64,000 nucleotides of DNA from Candidatus Kapaibacterium sp. (GCA_963665665.1 OY762428.1:1920001-1984000); one strand, 5' to 3'. Shown: positions 40,239 through 50,902, counted from the stretch's first letter. Notes: generated by a model from the letters alone, not told the origin. Made by a program: numbers and translations.

Positions 40239-42449
40239 ATGAAAGCTATTGCCCTGTTCATCTTCTTGTTTGTATCAATTATTTCCGAAACTATTGCCAA
40301 TGACGACGTGGCCTGGATCAAGTCTGGTGGAAATATTGGAGTGGAAAATATTATCGAGGCTAAAGTATCTAAGAATCCAAAATATTTTATTCTAAGAGAG
40401 CATGAAGCAACCAAATTTATTGATATTGAATCCGGTAATTTAATTAAAACATATACCAACTATGGCGGTATAGATTTCAGAGTTTATGAGGATTTCGTTA
40501 GTGATTCTCTAATAATACTGGTTAAGCGGGATACTATAAGATATATTAATTTCTATACTGATGAAATTGAGAAAGAACTCATTGATGTCGGAGCAGCTAT
40601 TGGTGGTCGCAGGCTGGGATTTTCAGATTACAGGGAAATGAAGAACTATTATTCTGAAAAATTAAATGCTTTAATCTCAACAGTCAGTGAAACCGAAATT
40701 GGTGTGTGGTACTTTGATGAAGCAAGAATTGAAAAATTTGGAAAAAATTCAGGAATTCTGGGTGTAAACTACCTTGAGAAAAGTGGAAATATAATATTCT
40801 CGGACTTGTTTGGGACATACTTATATAGTATTGAACAGAAAAAAATAATTAATCAGTGTGATATTTCCGGATATAACATTGTTCTTTCTCCGGACGAGAG
40901 CCTTTTTGCGATACAGACTTACGATTACTACGATGGTTCATATATTCATATCTATAGCAGCTTGAATATGCAAAAAATAAAAACTTATGAATGTAACAGC
41001 TATCCCTGTGAAGCTTCAATAAGTAGTGATAATAAATTTATTGCATTTACTGCTGAAGATTGGAATATTAAAGTTGTTGAAATTGAAACAGATAATATAA
41101 TTTTTGATTATGATCCAATTGACATTTTATCCCAGGTATTTTTCTGTAATAGCGACAAAAATCTTATAGCCGTAAATCAATATACCGGCGTTACTTTGGT
41201 GTATGATATTGAGACAGAAGAACAAGTTAAAACATTAGTTATTAACGACGATGAAACTGATATTTTAAAATTGTCCGATAACGGGGAATATCTTGTTGCT
41301 TATGGTTATGGTTATGGCAGAATGAAAATCATCAACAGCGAGACGGGAAATCTTGAACAACTTTGGGTGCTAAGCGGCGCTTTTGGCGATAATGAGTTTT
41401 TCCAGGTTGATTTCCATGATGATCTGATATTGTGCTGCAACCAGTCTAAAAGAATATACCTGATTGACAGGTTCAAAGGAATTCTCGGCAGGTATGATAT
41501 GGATGAGGAAATTTGGGACGTGGCTTTTGCTCCGGACGGTAATACATTCGTCTCAGGCAGTGCAAATGGTAATCTTAGAGTCCATAACACCGGCAGTGGA
41601 GAGGTTATTAAAGAGATAATTGATGATAATATGCAAGCTGTTCCATTAATATCTTACTCGGATGATCCTTCCGTGGTTTACTATATTTCAGCAGATATGG
41701 AATCTTCTCATATTGGCAGATTTTATCATTGGAACCTTGAAACGAATACTTTGAAATATCAAAACCAGGAATTTTATGACATTTATCCAAGCAGAGCCAA
41801 AGATATAATAAACAGGAGATATTTTACCTATCGCGATTACATTTTTGATTTAAAAGAAATGAAAATAATTTACCATGATTTTCTTGAATATTATTCGGCA
41901 AATATTGATATATCCGATAACGGAAAATATATAGCTTACGGCCATAATTCAAATCAGGAATATTTTGACTTGTATAATCTTGAAAATATGGAGATTGCTT
42001 ACAGATATTCTATTAAAAATTATTGGAAAAGGGTTATTCTTACAGATTACTTTCTTTATCGTGGGATACCCAAATCGATATGTATTTCTCCTGACAATAG
42101 ATATTTATATGTCGGGTTGAATCCCGGCGAGATTATGAAACTTAAGCTGAAAGATACTCTCGGCACAGACATAGCAGAAGAGTATAATCGGGAGGGCGGA
42201 CTTTTAGCTTATCCCAACCCGCTAACCGACAGGATAATAATTGAAAACCGGGCCGACAATAAAATAATTACCGGCCTTTGCCTGGCAGATATTTTCGGGA
42301 ATGAAATTGTATCTAAATCTGCTAACGAATTATACAGTTCGGATAATAAATTTGAAGTGAATTCTTTAAACCTGCCAGCCGGAACATATTTCCTTATTGT
42401 CCGCTATTCGTACGGAGGGCACGCGGTTAAAAAACTGATTAAGTATTGA
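40239..42449 (+). CDS. WD40/beta-propeller T9SS protein, tandem paralog
   Basis: Same architecture; near-identical central block and CTD. Confidence 0.85.
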   Translation: MKAIALFIFLFVSIISETIANDDVAWIKSGGNIGVENIIEAKVSKNPKYFILREHEATKFIDIESGNLIKTYTNYGGIDFRVYEDFVSDSLIILVKRDTIRYINFYTDEIEKELIDVGAAIGGRRLGFSDYREMKNYYSEKLNALISTVSETEIGVWYFDEARIEKFGKNSGILGVNYLEKSGNIIFSDLFGTYLYSIEQKKIINQCDISGYNIVLSPDESLFAIQTYDYYDGSYIHIYSSLNMQKIKTYECNSYPCEASISSDNKFIAFTAEDWNIKVVEIETDNIIFDYDPIDILSQVFFCNSDKNLIAVNQYTGVTLVYDIETEEQVKTLVINDDETDILKLSDNGEYLVAYGYGYGRMKIINSETGNLEQLWVLSGAFGDNEFFQVDFHDDLILCCNQSKRIYLIDRFKGILGRYDMDEEIWDVAFAPDGNTFVSGSANGNLRVHNTGSGEVIKEIIDDNMQAVPLISYSDDPSVVYYISADMESSHIGRFYHWNLETNTLKYQNQEFYDIYPSRAKDIINRRYFTYRDYIFDLKEMKIIYHDFLEYYSANIDISDNGKYIAYGHNSNQEYFDLYNLENMEIAYRYSIKNYWKRVILTDYFLYRGIPKSICISPDNRYLYVGLNPGEIMKLKLKDTLGTDIAEEYNREGGLLAYPNPLTDRIIIENRADNKIITGLCLADIFGNEIVSKSANELYSSDNKFEVNSLNLPAGTYFLIVRYSYGGHAVKKLIKY

Positions 42450-42513
42450 TATTTAAATGTATTCCTCACCCGATCACTTGGAGCGATCGGGTGAGTTGTA
42501 ACTATAAAGAATT

Positions 42514-44688
42514 TTACCTTACTTCAGCGCCAAGGCCGATTTCCGGATTCTCCGGAGTCATCACGCAGAGCTTGCCTTCCTCGTTGCTCGCGGCAAGTAT
42601 CATTCCCTGGCTTTCCACGCCCATCAGTTTGGCCGGTTTCAGGTTTACAACCACCGAAACAACCTTGCCGATTAGTTCTTCCGGTTTGTAGTGTTCTGCT
42701 ATTCCGGCAACTATCTGCCTTTGTTCCGCTCCAAAGTCCACCTGGAGTTTGAACAGCTTCTTTGATTTCTTGATCTTCTCGGCGCTGATAATTTTTCCGG
42801 TACGAATTTTTACTTTCATAAAATCGTCGAATTCTATCAGTTCGTAAACCGGTTTTTCCGGCGCATTCTTCTCGCCGAGCTTGGCTGTTTGCTCTTCAAC
42901 AAGTTTGTCCTCAATCTTTCCGAAAAGTATTTCAGGTTTGTTTATCTCCCTGCCTGATTCCAACTTCGGTAGAATAGCGGCATTAAATACATCCATACCT
43001 GGAACGCCGTTGTTTGGTAAGCCTGTTACTGCTTCCTCGTTGATCAGGCGGAAAGTTCTATCCATGCTGAAAGGCAGTATCGGAGCAAACAGAACTGCAA
43101 GCGAGCGGACAAGCTGAGCACAAACATACATGGTTTTGCCGCATTTGTCTTTATCGGTCTTGCCTGATTTCCAGGGTTCCTCGTCGTTGAAATACTTATT
43201 TGCTGCGCGGGCTATGTTCATTGTCTCGGTTATAGCGTCGCGGAAGCGGAAACGACTGTAGTTATTGTTTATCTTATTTATTCCGGAAGCTAATGAACGG
43301 AAAAGAAGAAGATCGTTTTCATTCAGCCCGGAATAATCAGCCAAATTAATTTCAGCATCAGGTTTCTCGCAGAAAATGCCGGTAAGTTTTTCCCAGCTAT
43401 CATTCAAATTTTTATAATCGCCGCTGAGTTCCGGTACTTTTCCATCAAAATTCTTATGGATGAAATGTACCGAGCGGTTAACGAAATTGCCAAGAATGGC
43501 TGCAAGTTCGTTATTGTTCCTTGCCTGGAAGTCCTTCCATGTAAAATCGGAATCCTTTGTTTCCGGGAAGTTCATTGCCAGGGTGTAGCGCAGCGCGTCG
43601 ATATATTGCGGCTCCGGCAGGTCGGCAATGAAATCTTGCAGGTCGATGCTCCAGTTGCGGGACTTGGAGAATTTCTGCCCTTCCAGGTTCAGGAATTCAT
43701 TCGCCGGAACGTTATCAGGCATAATATATCCGCCTCTGGCATGAAGAAGCGCCGGGAATATCAATGTATGAAAAACAATATTATCCTTGCCGATGAAAGC
43801 GATATATCTTGTTTCTTCATCCTGCCACCATTTTTTCCAGTCTTCGGCCCTGTCCAGTGATGCCATTAATTGCTTAGTAGCTGAAATATATCCCAGAACG
43901 GCTTCGAACCAAACGTAAAGAGCTTTACCTTCGGCTTTTTCGTCAGGTACGCCCTTAATATCATTAATCTTTACGCCCCATGTCAGGTCGCGCGTAATGG
44001 CTCTTTCTGCCAGCCCCTGTTTCAGCCAGCTTCTGGTTTGCTGGAGTACGTTGTCTTTCCAGTCTTTGGCATGGCTCTCGATATAATTTTCAAGGTATTC
44101 CTGAAATTCATTGAATTTCATATACCAGTGAACAGTTTTCCTTGCTTCGGGGGTTTTACCGGAAACAAGGCTGATCGGATTTTTCAGTTCCGTCTGGTTG
44201 TAGTATGCACCGCAGGCATCACACTGGTCGCCGCGTGCACCAGTAGTTCCGCAATTAGGGCATTCGCCCTCCACGTACCTGTCCGGCAGGAACATATTTG
44301 CTCCGGGGTCGAAGAATTGTTCTTCCTCTTTTTCAATCAGCAGGTTCTTAGCAAGCAGATCGGCAAAGAATTCGCGGGCTGTTTCGTGGTGTTCGGCAAT
44401 AGAAGTCCTGGAATAAATATCAAAAGACATCCCGAACTTCGCGAAAGCTTCTTTATTGGCATTATGGTATTTATCAATAATATCCTGAGGCTTAACTTTT
44501 TCTTTTTCTGCGGCAATAGTAATAGCCACTCCGTGCTCGTCCGAACCGCATACCCATATCATTTCCCCGCCCGAAAGCCTTGTTTTACGTGCATAAATAT
44601 CGGCTGGCAGGTAAGCACCGGCACAATGCCCAAGGTGCAGGAAACCGTTGGCATACGGCAGAGCTGAAGTTATCAATGTTCTTTTCAT
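42514..44688 (-). CDS. metG: Methionine--tRNA ligase
   Basis: ITSALPYANG.LHLGH, zinc knuckle CPNC/CDAC, KFSKS, C-terminal tRNA-binding OB domain. Confidence 0.97.
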   Translation of the reverse strand: MKRTLITSALPYANGFLHLGHCAGAYLPADIYARKTRLSGGEMIWVCGSDEHGVAITIAAEKEKVKPQDIIDKYHNANKEAFAKFGMSFDIYSRTSIAEHHETAREFFADLLAKNLLIEKEEEQFFDPGANMFLPDRYVEGECPNCGTTGARGDQCDACGAYYNQTELKNPISLVSGKTPEARKTVHWYMKFNEFQEYLENYIESHAKDWKDNVLQQTRSWLKQGLAERAITRDLTWGVKINDIKGVPDEKAEGKALYVWFEAVLGYISATKQLMASLDRAEDWKKWWQDEETRYIAFIGKDNIVFHTLIFPALLHARGGYIMPDNVPANEFLNLEGQKFSKSRNWSIDLQDFIADLPEPQYIDALRYTLAMNFPETKDSDFTWKDFQARNNNELAAILGNFVNRSVHFIHKNFDGKVPELSGDYKNLNDSWEKLTGIFCEKPDAEINLADYSGLNENDLLLFRSLASGINKINNNYSRFRFRDAITETMNIARAANKYFNDEEPWKSGKTDKDKCGKTMYVCAQLVRSLAVLFAPILPFSMDRTFRLINEEAVTGLPNNGVPGMDVFNAAILPKLESGREINKPEILFGKIEDKLVEEQTAKLGEKNAPEKPVYELIEFDDFMKVKIRTGKIISAEKIKKSKKLFKLQVDFGAEQRQIVAGIAEHYKPEELIGKVVSVVVNLKPAKLMGVESQGMILAASNEEGKLCVMTPENPEIGLGAEVR

Positions 44689-44858
44689 TAAAATCCACAA
44701 TCAAATATTTGTTACATTTTTTTCAATTTCAACATTTTTTTCAATTTCAATCATATTCAAATCCAATAAGTATAAGAACTACAAAGATAAGCTATTCGGA
44801 CGGATAATGAAAATCCGAGCTTTATACTGAATTGGGTGTGAATGGTTTTCTATAATAT

Positions 44859-45776
44859 TTATTCTCCGCCTGCTCCCGGTTTGCCTTCTTTCTTGTTGTA
44901 GTAATAGCGGGTTGTAGGATATGCAAAATCTATATCGTCATGTTTTGCAAAGCCATCCAGCAAATCCTCCCATACTATCTGGTGACTGTCCCGGCGGGCT
45001 TTTATATTGCAGGGATAACGGGCGGTAAGCATAACCCCGCTATCCTTAACTGATGTATATACAACCGGCATAATATTCTGATCCAGCAATAAATATTCCC
45101 CGGAAAGTTTCTCAAGTTCCCCGGCTGCTTCAAGGCTAAGGTCCATTGCATGGCGGTTTACCACAGCCTCGATTATTTCCTTGGCTTTTTTCCAGTTGCT
45201 TTCGAATGTTACAAGTACGCCAATTTCATTCCACACAAAGCTGAAACCCTTATTATAATTATATTGCATTTCAAGGAATACTTTACCATTGGGTATCATT
45301 ATCATTCTGCCTGTATGCTGGTCTGCGTCAACCCAATTACCAATTTCCATTACCGTGAACTGGAAAATTCGCTGATCGATAATATCACCTGAAACATCCC
45401 CGATCTGAACCCTGTCCCCAACAGCGAATGGTTTGCGCCAGATGATAAAAAGCCATCCGGCAAGGTTTACAAGCGGATCTTTCAATGCAATTGCTATACC
45501 TGCCGAAAGCAAACCTACAAATGTACCGACAGAACGTGCCTCCTCGGACCATATTCCTGCAACGATAACGATGCCAACAGCCACAAAAATATAAGTAGTA
45601 TATTTCCTCCAGTTATATATTATCCTGGATTCGTGAGACTGGCGCCGGACAATTCTCAGAATAATCCAGCGTATCAGCACAAGTATTAAAATAAAAACAA
45701 CAGATGTCAGTAGGTTTGCAGCGAGCTGAGAAGTCAGTAATAGTTCATAATCAGCAAAAGAATTTAATTTATCCAT
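44859..45776 (-). CDS. MscS-family mechanosensitive channel
   Basis: GIAIALKD...NLAGW...PFAVGDRVQIG...IPN; FAYPT. Confidence 0.9.
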   Translation of the reverse strand: MDKLNSFADYELLLTSQLAANLLTSVVFILILVLIRWIILRIVRRQSHESRIIYNWRKYTTYIFVAVGIVIVAGIWSEEARSVGTFVGLLSAGIAIALKDPLVNLAGWLFIIWRKPFAVGDRVQIGDVSGDIIDQRIFQFTVMEIGNWVDADQHTGRMIMIPNGKVFLEMQYNYNKGFSFVWNEIGVLVTFESNWKKAKEIIEAVVNRHAMDLSLEAAGELEKLSGEYLLLDQNIMPVVYTSVKDSGVMLTARYPCNIKARRDSHQIVWEDLLDGFAKHDDIDFAYPTTRYYYNKKEGKPGAGGE

Positions 45777-45903
45777 AGATCACCGGAATAGCTAATTCAG
45801 AAAACAAAGTTGCATTTATTGAAAAATAGTAAAAAACATTATTCTACCAAAGAAAATCCCCTCCGGATATTTGCCGGAAGGGAGTGATTTTTTAAACACA
45901 ATC

Positions 45904-46341
45904 TTATGATACCTTACCGCTTATGTAATCATAAAGATACTTCTTCTCGTCGCGGACCTGTGTAAGAAGCGACTTAACAACATCGCCTATAGAAATCATA
46001 CCAACAAGGCGTTTTTCACTAAGAATAGGCAGGTGGCGGATGTGATTGCTTGTCATTACTGATTCAACATACTCAATATCGTCTTCGGGTTCGGCAATAA
46101 TTAGTTTTTCGGTCATTATTTTGTTAACCGGAAAATTCCGAAATTCATCGGGGAATTCATGCCCTGCTTTTAGAATGTCCCTTTCAGTAATAATTCCTAC
46201 CATTCTGCCTTCGGCGTTTAGAACAAGTAGGGCGCCGATATTATTAACCACCATTACTTCCCTGGCATCGGCTACTGTTTTTTCGTCACCAATAGTCATA
46301 ACCTGGGGGCCTTTTGCTTTCAGAATGTCTTTTACTTTCAT
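45904..46341 (-). CDS. CBS-domain pair protein
   Basis: MKVKDIL; GIITERD; IRHLPI...GMISIGDVVK. Confidence 0.92.
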   Translation of the reverse strand: MKVKDILKAKGPQVMTIGDEKTVADAREVMVVNNIGALLVLNAEGRMVGIITERDILKAGHEFPDEFRNFPVNKIMTEKLIIAEPEDDIEYVESVMTSNHIRHLPILSEKRLVGMISIGDVVKSLLTQVRDEKKYLYDYISGKVS

Positions 46342-46828
46342 AATATCTCCATAAGTATATTTATTATTTTGGTTTATATTGTATTTATTAATCGAATCAA
46401 GAGACAATTTATTTTTAATGTTACCCGGATACCAAATATAAACTTCATCGATTAGTTCCACTTGAAAAAACTATAAAAGTTGAGAATAAAATAGTATCAA
46501 TATATTATTGAAAGGCATAGGTATAAATTGGTTATTGGGGAATTACAATATAATATCCGTATTAGCGTTGCCTAATTATATTGTTCGTTGACAATAATAT
46601 TATAGATGTACCGGAATATTATATTCTGGATCAAAAATGTCATCCTCTGATTATTTTTAAAACATCACTACTGATAATTCCTGTAAAAAAGGTATCCCCG
46701 GAATTTGTTTTATAAAAAAACATTCCTTTAAAAAAAATTATATCTTTTTTATTACTCCAAAGGAATGTGTATAGTCAAGGCTTTTACAATGTTAAATTGC
46801 CATGAAATAAATGAATACAATATTTTTT

Positions 46829-46854
46829 TGAAACCCTCTTGATGAATTATCGTA
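46829..46854 (+). promoter_or_regulatory. ECF-type promoter
   Basis: TGAAAC-N16-CGTA upstream of the HMA-like gene. Confidence 0.55.
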
Positions 46855-46911
46855 TTTCCAAGTAGAACTTGAATTTAGAAACAATGTAACACTTAACATA
46901 CAGGAGCAGAC

Positions 46912-47277
46912 ATGACAAGCAGGATTACAAAACTTTTCGCAGCAGCAGCAGTAGTAATGGTTCTTTTCGCCGGATATTCATTCGCGGCAGATAAAGTTCA
47001 GAAAGAAACTACAATCAAAACATCAGCTTTCACATGGGAAAGCAAGAACTCTCTTGAAAACGAGATCAACGATATTGAAGGTGTAACAGATGCATACCTC
47101 GACATCGACGAGCAGGTTTTCACAATAACATACGACGGTGAGAAAGTTTCAGCAGACCAGTTAGTTTACACAATAACAGACCTTGGATATACGGCAGAAG
47201 TAATGGAAACAAAAGACCTGAAAAAGAAAGACGACAATAAAGCATCGGCAAAGATCAAAGAACCGAGCATGAACTAA
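46912..47277 (+). CDS. Exported HMA-fold protein lacking the CxxC motif
   Basis: Signal peptide; IKTSAFTWESK...IEGV.DA.LD...ITYD...LGY.AE pattern. Confidence 0.75.
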   Translation: MTSRITKLFAAAAVVMVLFAGYSFAADKVQKETTIKTSAFTWESKNSLENEINDIEGVTDAYLDIDEQVFTITYDGEKVSADQLVYTITDLGYTAEVMETKDLKKKDDNKASAKIKEPSMN

Positions 47278-47300
47278 CTGATGATAGGCATAAGTTAAAG

Positions 47301-47328
47301 AAACCGGCTTGCGAGCCGGTTTTTTTTA
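47301..47328 (+). terminator. Intrinsic terminator
   Basis: aaaccggct-tgcg-agccggttttttt. Confidence 0.85.
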
Positions 47329-47445
47329 TGCACATATATTCATTGTTCTAAGTGCATAAATAAAAAATAAAGGCAAACCGAAGTCTGCCTCTATTTTTAG
47401 TTGCTTTATTGCAACTCGTGGGGGGGGGATGTTATTTTATTGGCT

Positions 47446-47568
47446 TTATAGTAAAAACAGCGCCGAAAATGTTGCAGCAGAGATCGATACTGCATACAGC
47501 AGAAGCAGTACGTTTTCTTTCTTCAGCGGTTTTTCTTCTATACTTATTTTAATCGTTCCGTTATTCAT
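47446..47568 (-). CDS. Small membrane protein (40 aa), not in the ORF track
   Basis: GGAGG RBS; MNNGTIKISIEEKPLKKENVLLLLYAVSISAATFSALFLL; sigma54-like promoter upstream; hairpin downstream. Confidence 0.6.
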   Translation of the reverse strand: MNNGTIKISIEEKPLKKENVLLLLYAVSISAATFSALFLL

Positions 47569-47612
47569 ATATTCCTCCGTTCAAATTTCCATTATCAAAT
47601 ACACAATACTTA

Positions 47613-47630
47613 TATCAATTGCCGTGCCAA
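47613..47630 (-). promoter_or_regulatory. Sigma54-type promoter
   Basis: Minus strand TTGGCACG-GCAA-TTGA. Confidence 0.6.
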
Positions 47631-47791
47631 ATATGGCGCAATAGCAACTCTTGTGTTTATATATAATTATGGGCATCCAAATCTAAGGTAGGGCGCAATT
47701 CTTTCAATTTCAGGCGTTATTACCACTGGCTTGAACCTCGAAAAAACTTTGGAAACATATACGGCAACAGCCTGCTTTTTTCCAATCTAAC

Positions 47792-48172
47792 TTATTCTTC
47801 CGAATTAACAAGAATTCTGAATCCTCCGTAGGCCATTCTGTCGGCGTTAAAAATCAATTTTTCGGGATTGGTAAGTGGCGCTATTATTTCTGCCATTCTC
47901 AGGTCTGTGGGTACTTTTTCGTTGGCCGAATCGCGTATCTCCTTTGAAGGAAACACAACCCAGCCAAAAACGATCAGCTCATCTTCTTTTGCAGCAACAG
48001 CTTCTATGAAGGATTTAGTACCTTATAATTACATGTCATCACCAACGAATTCGTAGTAGGCAATAGCGCCATACTCTTTCCAAATTTCAGCAACTTTTTC
48101 AGCCGCCTTTTTGTATTCGTCTATATAAATCCGTGGTATCGATAGAATGAAGCCGTCTATGTAGTTTGTCAT
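47792..48172 (-). pseudogene. DUF1428 (YbaA-like) gene with two in-frame stops
   Basis: YIDGF...W.EYGA..Y.E.VGDDM*L*GT.SF...VFGWVVFPSKE.RD.AN...RMAYGGF. Confidence 0.85.
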
Positions 48173-48508
48173 AATTTTATCTTCAGTGTTCATGTTTTGT
48201 GTGGGTTGGTGGGTGATTGTAGAAACAGTTAAATTATCATAAATCATAATATTAATCAAGATTCGAATCACAACCCCTATTTTATCTCCAATACATTTAT
48301 CATGATGAGCGGAGCAAATCTTGCAAAAACATAATAAAACTTAATATACAAATAAATCTGATAATATTCAGCTTATCCTTCTGTTTTTATTTGTTTTTAC
48401 GATTAATAAAAATCATCCTCTAAGCTTCTTTTACGGAACTTATTTGCAGAAATTCAGTTAATATTGTAGGTGTTAATGTATTTTTGAAATTGTCTGAGTG
48501 GAGTTAAC

Positions 48509-49420
48509 GTGCGTTTTATCATTTTTGTATTAATTGTTGTACTTGCAAACACCTACTATTTATTTGGCCAGGAAATTGAAGAAGTTACTATCGGCTCGCA
48601 AACCTGGATGGCTAAGAACCTTGATGTGGTAACTTACCGAAATGGCGACACTATCCCCAGGGTTACTGATCCGAAAGCTCTTTACACCAGAACTTACGGA
48701 GCCTGGATGTATTACAATAATGATCCTGCGAATGGAGAAATCTATGGTAAAATATATAACGGATATGCTGTTCTTGACCCAAGGGGCCTGGCGCCGGAGG
48801 GCTGGCATATTCCGCTTAATAAAGAATGGAAAACACTCGAGATTTATTTAGGAATGAGTCAGGAAGAAGCTGACAAAACCGGCTATCATAGAGGTACAAA
48901 TGAGGGATCGAAACTTGCCGGAGGATCTAATCTGTGGATTGACGGGGATCTGAAGAATAATAATGAATTCGGAAAAAGTTCGTTTAACGGCCTCCCCGGA
49001 GGATACCAGTTATATAAATCCAGGAATTTAGGAGAAACCGCTATGTGGTGGTCTTCTTCATTGAAACTGTCATCTGATTCAGTTCTTTCTATCAGGCATT
49101 TGGAAGCTACTGACAGCAGCATTGTCAGCGATGCCATATTTTTATTTGCCGGTTGCTATGTACGCTGTATAAAAGGGCCGCCCCTTAGCGTAAATTGTAA
49201 TAACCCCGGTGATATTAACATAAAAATTTACCCCAACCCGGCACAGGACGAAATCCATATCTTAAAATATGAAGGCCGGATAGCTATCTTCAATTCCCTC
49301 GGTATTGAAGTCTGGAATGGCTATGTTCAGGAAGGCGCTTCAATTGATATTTCCGGATTCGCCGAAGGCTGCTATATTGTAAGAATGAAAGATAGGATCG
49401 CTAAGTTTATCAAGTGGTGA
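48509..49420 (+). CDS. FISUMP (Fibrobacter succinogenes major paralogous) domain protein with T9SS CTD
   Basis: VTIGSQTWMAKNL, YGKIYN, APEGWHIP...EW, GLPGG, WWSS, YVRCIK; IYPNPA CTD. Confidence 0.9.
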   Translation: MRFIIFVLIVVLANTYYLFGQEIEEVTIGSQTWMAKNLDVVTYRNGDTIPRVTDPKALYTRTYGAWMYYNNDPANGEIYGKIYNGYAVLDPRGLAPEGWHIPLNKEWKTLEIYLGMSQEEADKTGYHRGTNEGSKLAGGSNLWIDGDLKNNNEFGKSSFNGLPGGYQLYKSRNLGETAMWWSSSLKLSSDSVLSIRHLEATDSSIVSDAIFLFAGCYVRCIKGPPLSVNCNNPGDINIKIYPNPAQDEIHILKYEGRIAIFNSLGIEVWNGYVQEGASIDISGFAEGCYIVRMKDRIAKFIKW

Positions 49421-49437
49421 TCTGATTAAGTAGTTTA

Positions 49438-49779
49438 TTACTTGAAATATTTCAGGATACGCTCTCTGTTCTCAAGCGCTTTTTGTGATTTGTGGTATAA
49501 TTCAATAAAGACAATTCTGTTCTCTTCTTCGAACCAGGCATATACTAACCTGAATCCCGACTGTACGCCCTTGCCTTTGAAACTTTTACTGGCAATCTTA
49601 TTCACTTTGATCGTGCAACTTTCTATGCCAAGATCGCTGATCCGGTAACTGAACGGAGGCCTTGCATCCGGTTTTACTTTTAGAACCTTCTTTACTACTT
49701 CAACGTCGTCGTATATGGTTTTGTATTTTTTTGAAAGTTTCTTTATATCTTTCCGGTATTCTTTTAGCTCTTCAAACAT
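49438..49779 (-). CDS. RelE/ParE-like toxin
   Basis: Basic 113 aa; KDIKKL.KKY; KGKG.QSGFRLVY...FIELYHK. Confidence 0.7.
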   Translation of the reverse strand: MFEELKEYRKDIKKLSKKYKTIYDDVEVVKKVLKVKPDARPPFSYRISDLGIESCTIKVNKIASKSFKGKGVQSGFRLVYAWFEEENRIVFIELYHKSQKALENRERILKYFK

Positions 49780-49781
49780 TA

Positions 49782-50570
49782 TCAGCCATTATCTCCGGAA
49801 TCGTTATAATTTCTTGCTGAAAAAGGCTCTTCACGGTAAAAAGCCAGTTCATAGTCAATTATTTCGCCGTCTTCGGAGGCCAGCCAGGGCATATCTTTGT
49901 GGGAGTATTCGCTGATCTTTGCTGCTGTCCAGTCTGAATATTTTTCGATTACTTTATCAAGAACATCTTTCTCATGCGCCCGAAGTTTTCTGAGATCAGC
50001 TTCCTGAAGCGCTATATGCCTTGTTTGCGGGTAAGAAAGAAATTGCGTTTCAAATCGTAGAATTTGCCCCTGTTTTACCATATAATTCAATATGCTTTCA
50101 ATATCTTCCGGTACCGGTCCGTAAGGTAGTTTTTTATATATTGCCCCGCTCAGGTGTTCTTCATAAATTTCATAGAAATCAAAATCAGAAAAATAGAGTA
50201 TCTTGTTTAGAACTGTTTTGCCAAAGTTAGCCTTTCCTCCACACTTGTTTAGGATGTAGAGCAGAATGTTTTTGAATTTATCCATATCCATTGTTGGCAC
50301 AGAAATCCTTGTATCATCTTTACTTTCAGAATTTTCTTCAAATTTTATCTCAGGCGCTTTAAATTCATCAGCAAGAATTTTCTCAATGGAAATTTCAAGA
50401 ATATCAGTAATTTTTCTCAATTCTATTGCTTTCAGGTTTCTATTCCCTAACTCAATCTGGGTCATGGTAGATCTTTTCATATCCAATAATGCAGCCAATT
50501 GTTCCTGGGATAGTCCCCTGTTCTGACGAATCCCGGATATTCTTTTTCCAATTTCTTTTTCTGTTATCAT
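49782..50570 (-). CDS. XRE-HTH plus Panacea (DUF4065/SocA-like) antitoxin
   Basis: RQNRGLSQEQLA...IELGNR; LNKILYFSDF; YGPVP; ISEYSHKDMPW. Confidence 0.85.
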   Translation of the reverse strand: MITEKEIGKRISGIRQNRGLSQEQLAALLDMKRSTMTQIELGNRNLKAIELRKITDILEISIEKILADEFKAPEIKFEENSESKDDTRISVPTMDMDKFKNILLYILNKCGGKANFGKTVLNKILYFSDFDFYEIYEEHLSGAIYKKLPYGPVPEDIESILNYMVKQGQILRFETQFLSYPQTRHIALQEADLRKLRAHEKDVLDKVIEKYSDWTAAKISEYSHKDMPWLASEDGEIIDYELAFYREEPFSARNYNDSGDNG

Positions 50571-50902
50571 ATTTTCTCCTGTTCTTTTATGCTAAAATAC
50601 ATAATGTTATATTTTCATACAATATATTGTTGCATTATCTAACAGTAAAACGAAATATGTATGTTTTTCTTGTGATATGATTTGAATTAAATAACTTTAT
50701 AACTGCCATATTAAGTTCAAAATAAAATACTAATATTTTGATAATTGCTGAAAAATGAATATATTATACGTAGTATAATGAGGTGTTTTATAGTTTTGCC
50801 AAATCATCATTCTGGTATTCCATGGTGAAAATGCAATAATTGAATAGTTGAGATTTATAATAAATATTTTGATAAAATTAATGTTTTCTTATAAGGTGAG
50901 AT

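Noticed and set aside
37864-42449. Diversity-generating retroelement TR/VR pair
   Set aside because: Differences in the near-identical blocks are mostly synonymous C/T changes rather than adenine-specific, and there is no reverse transcriptase in the window
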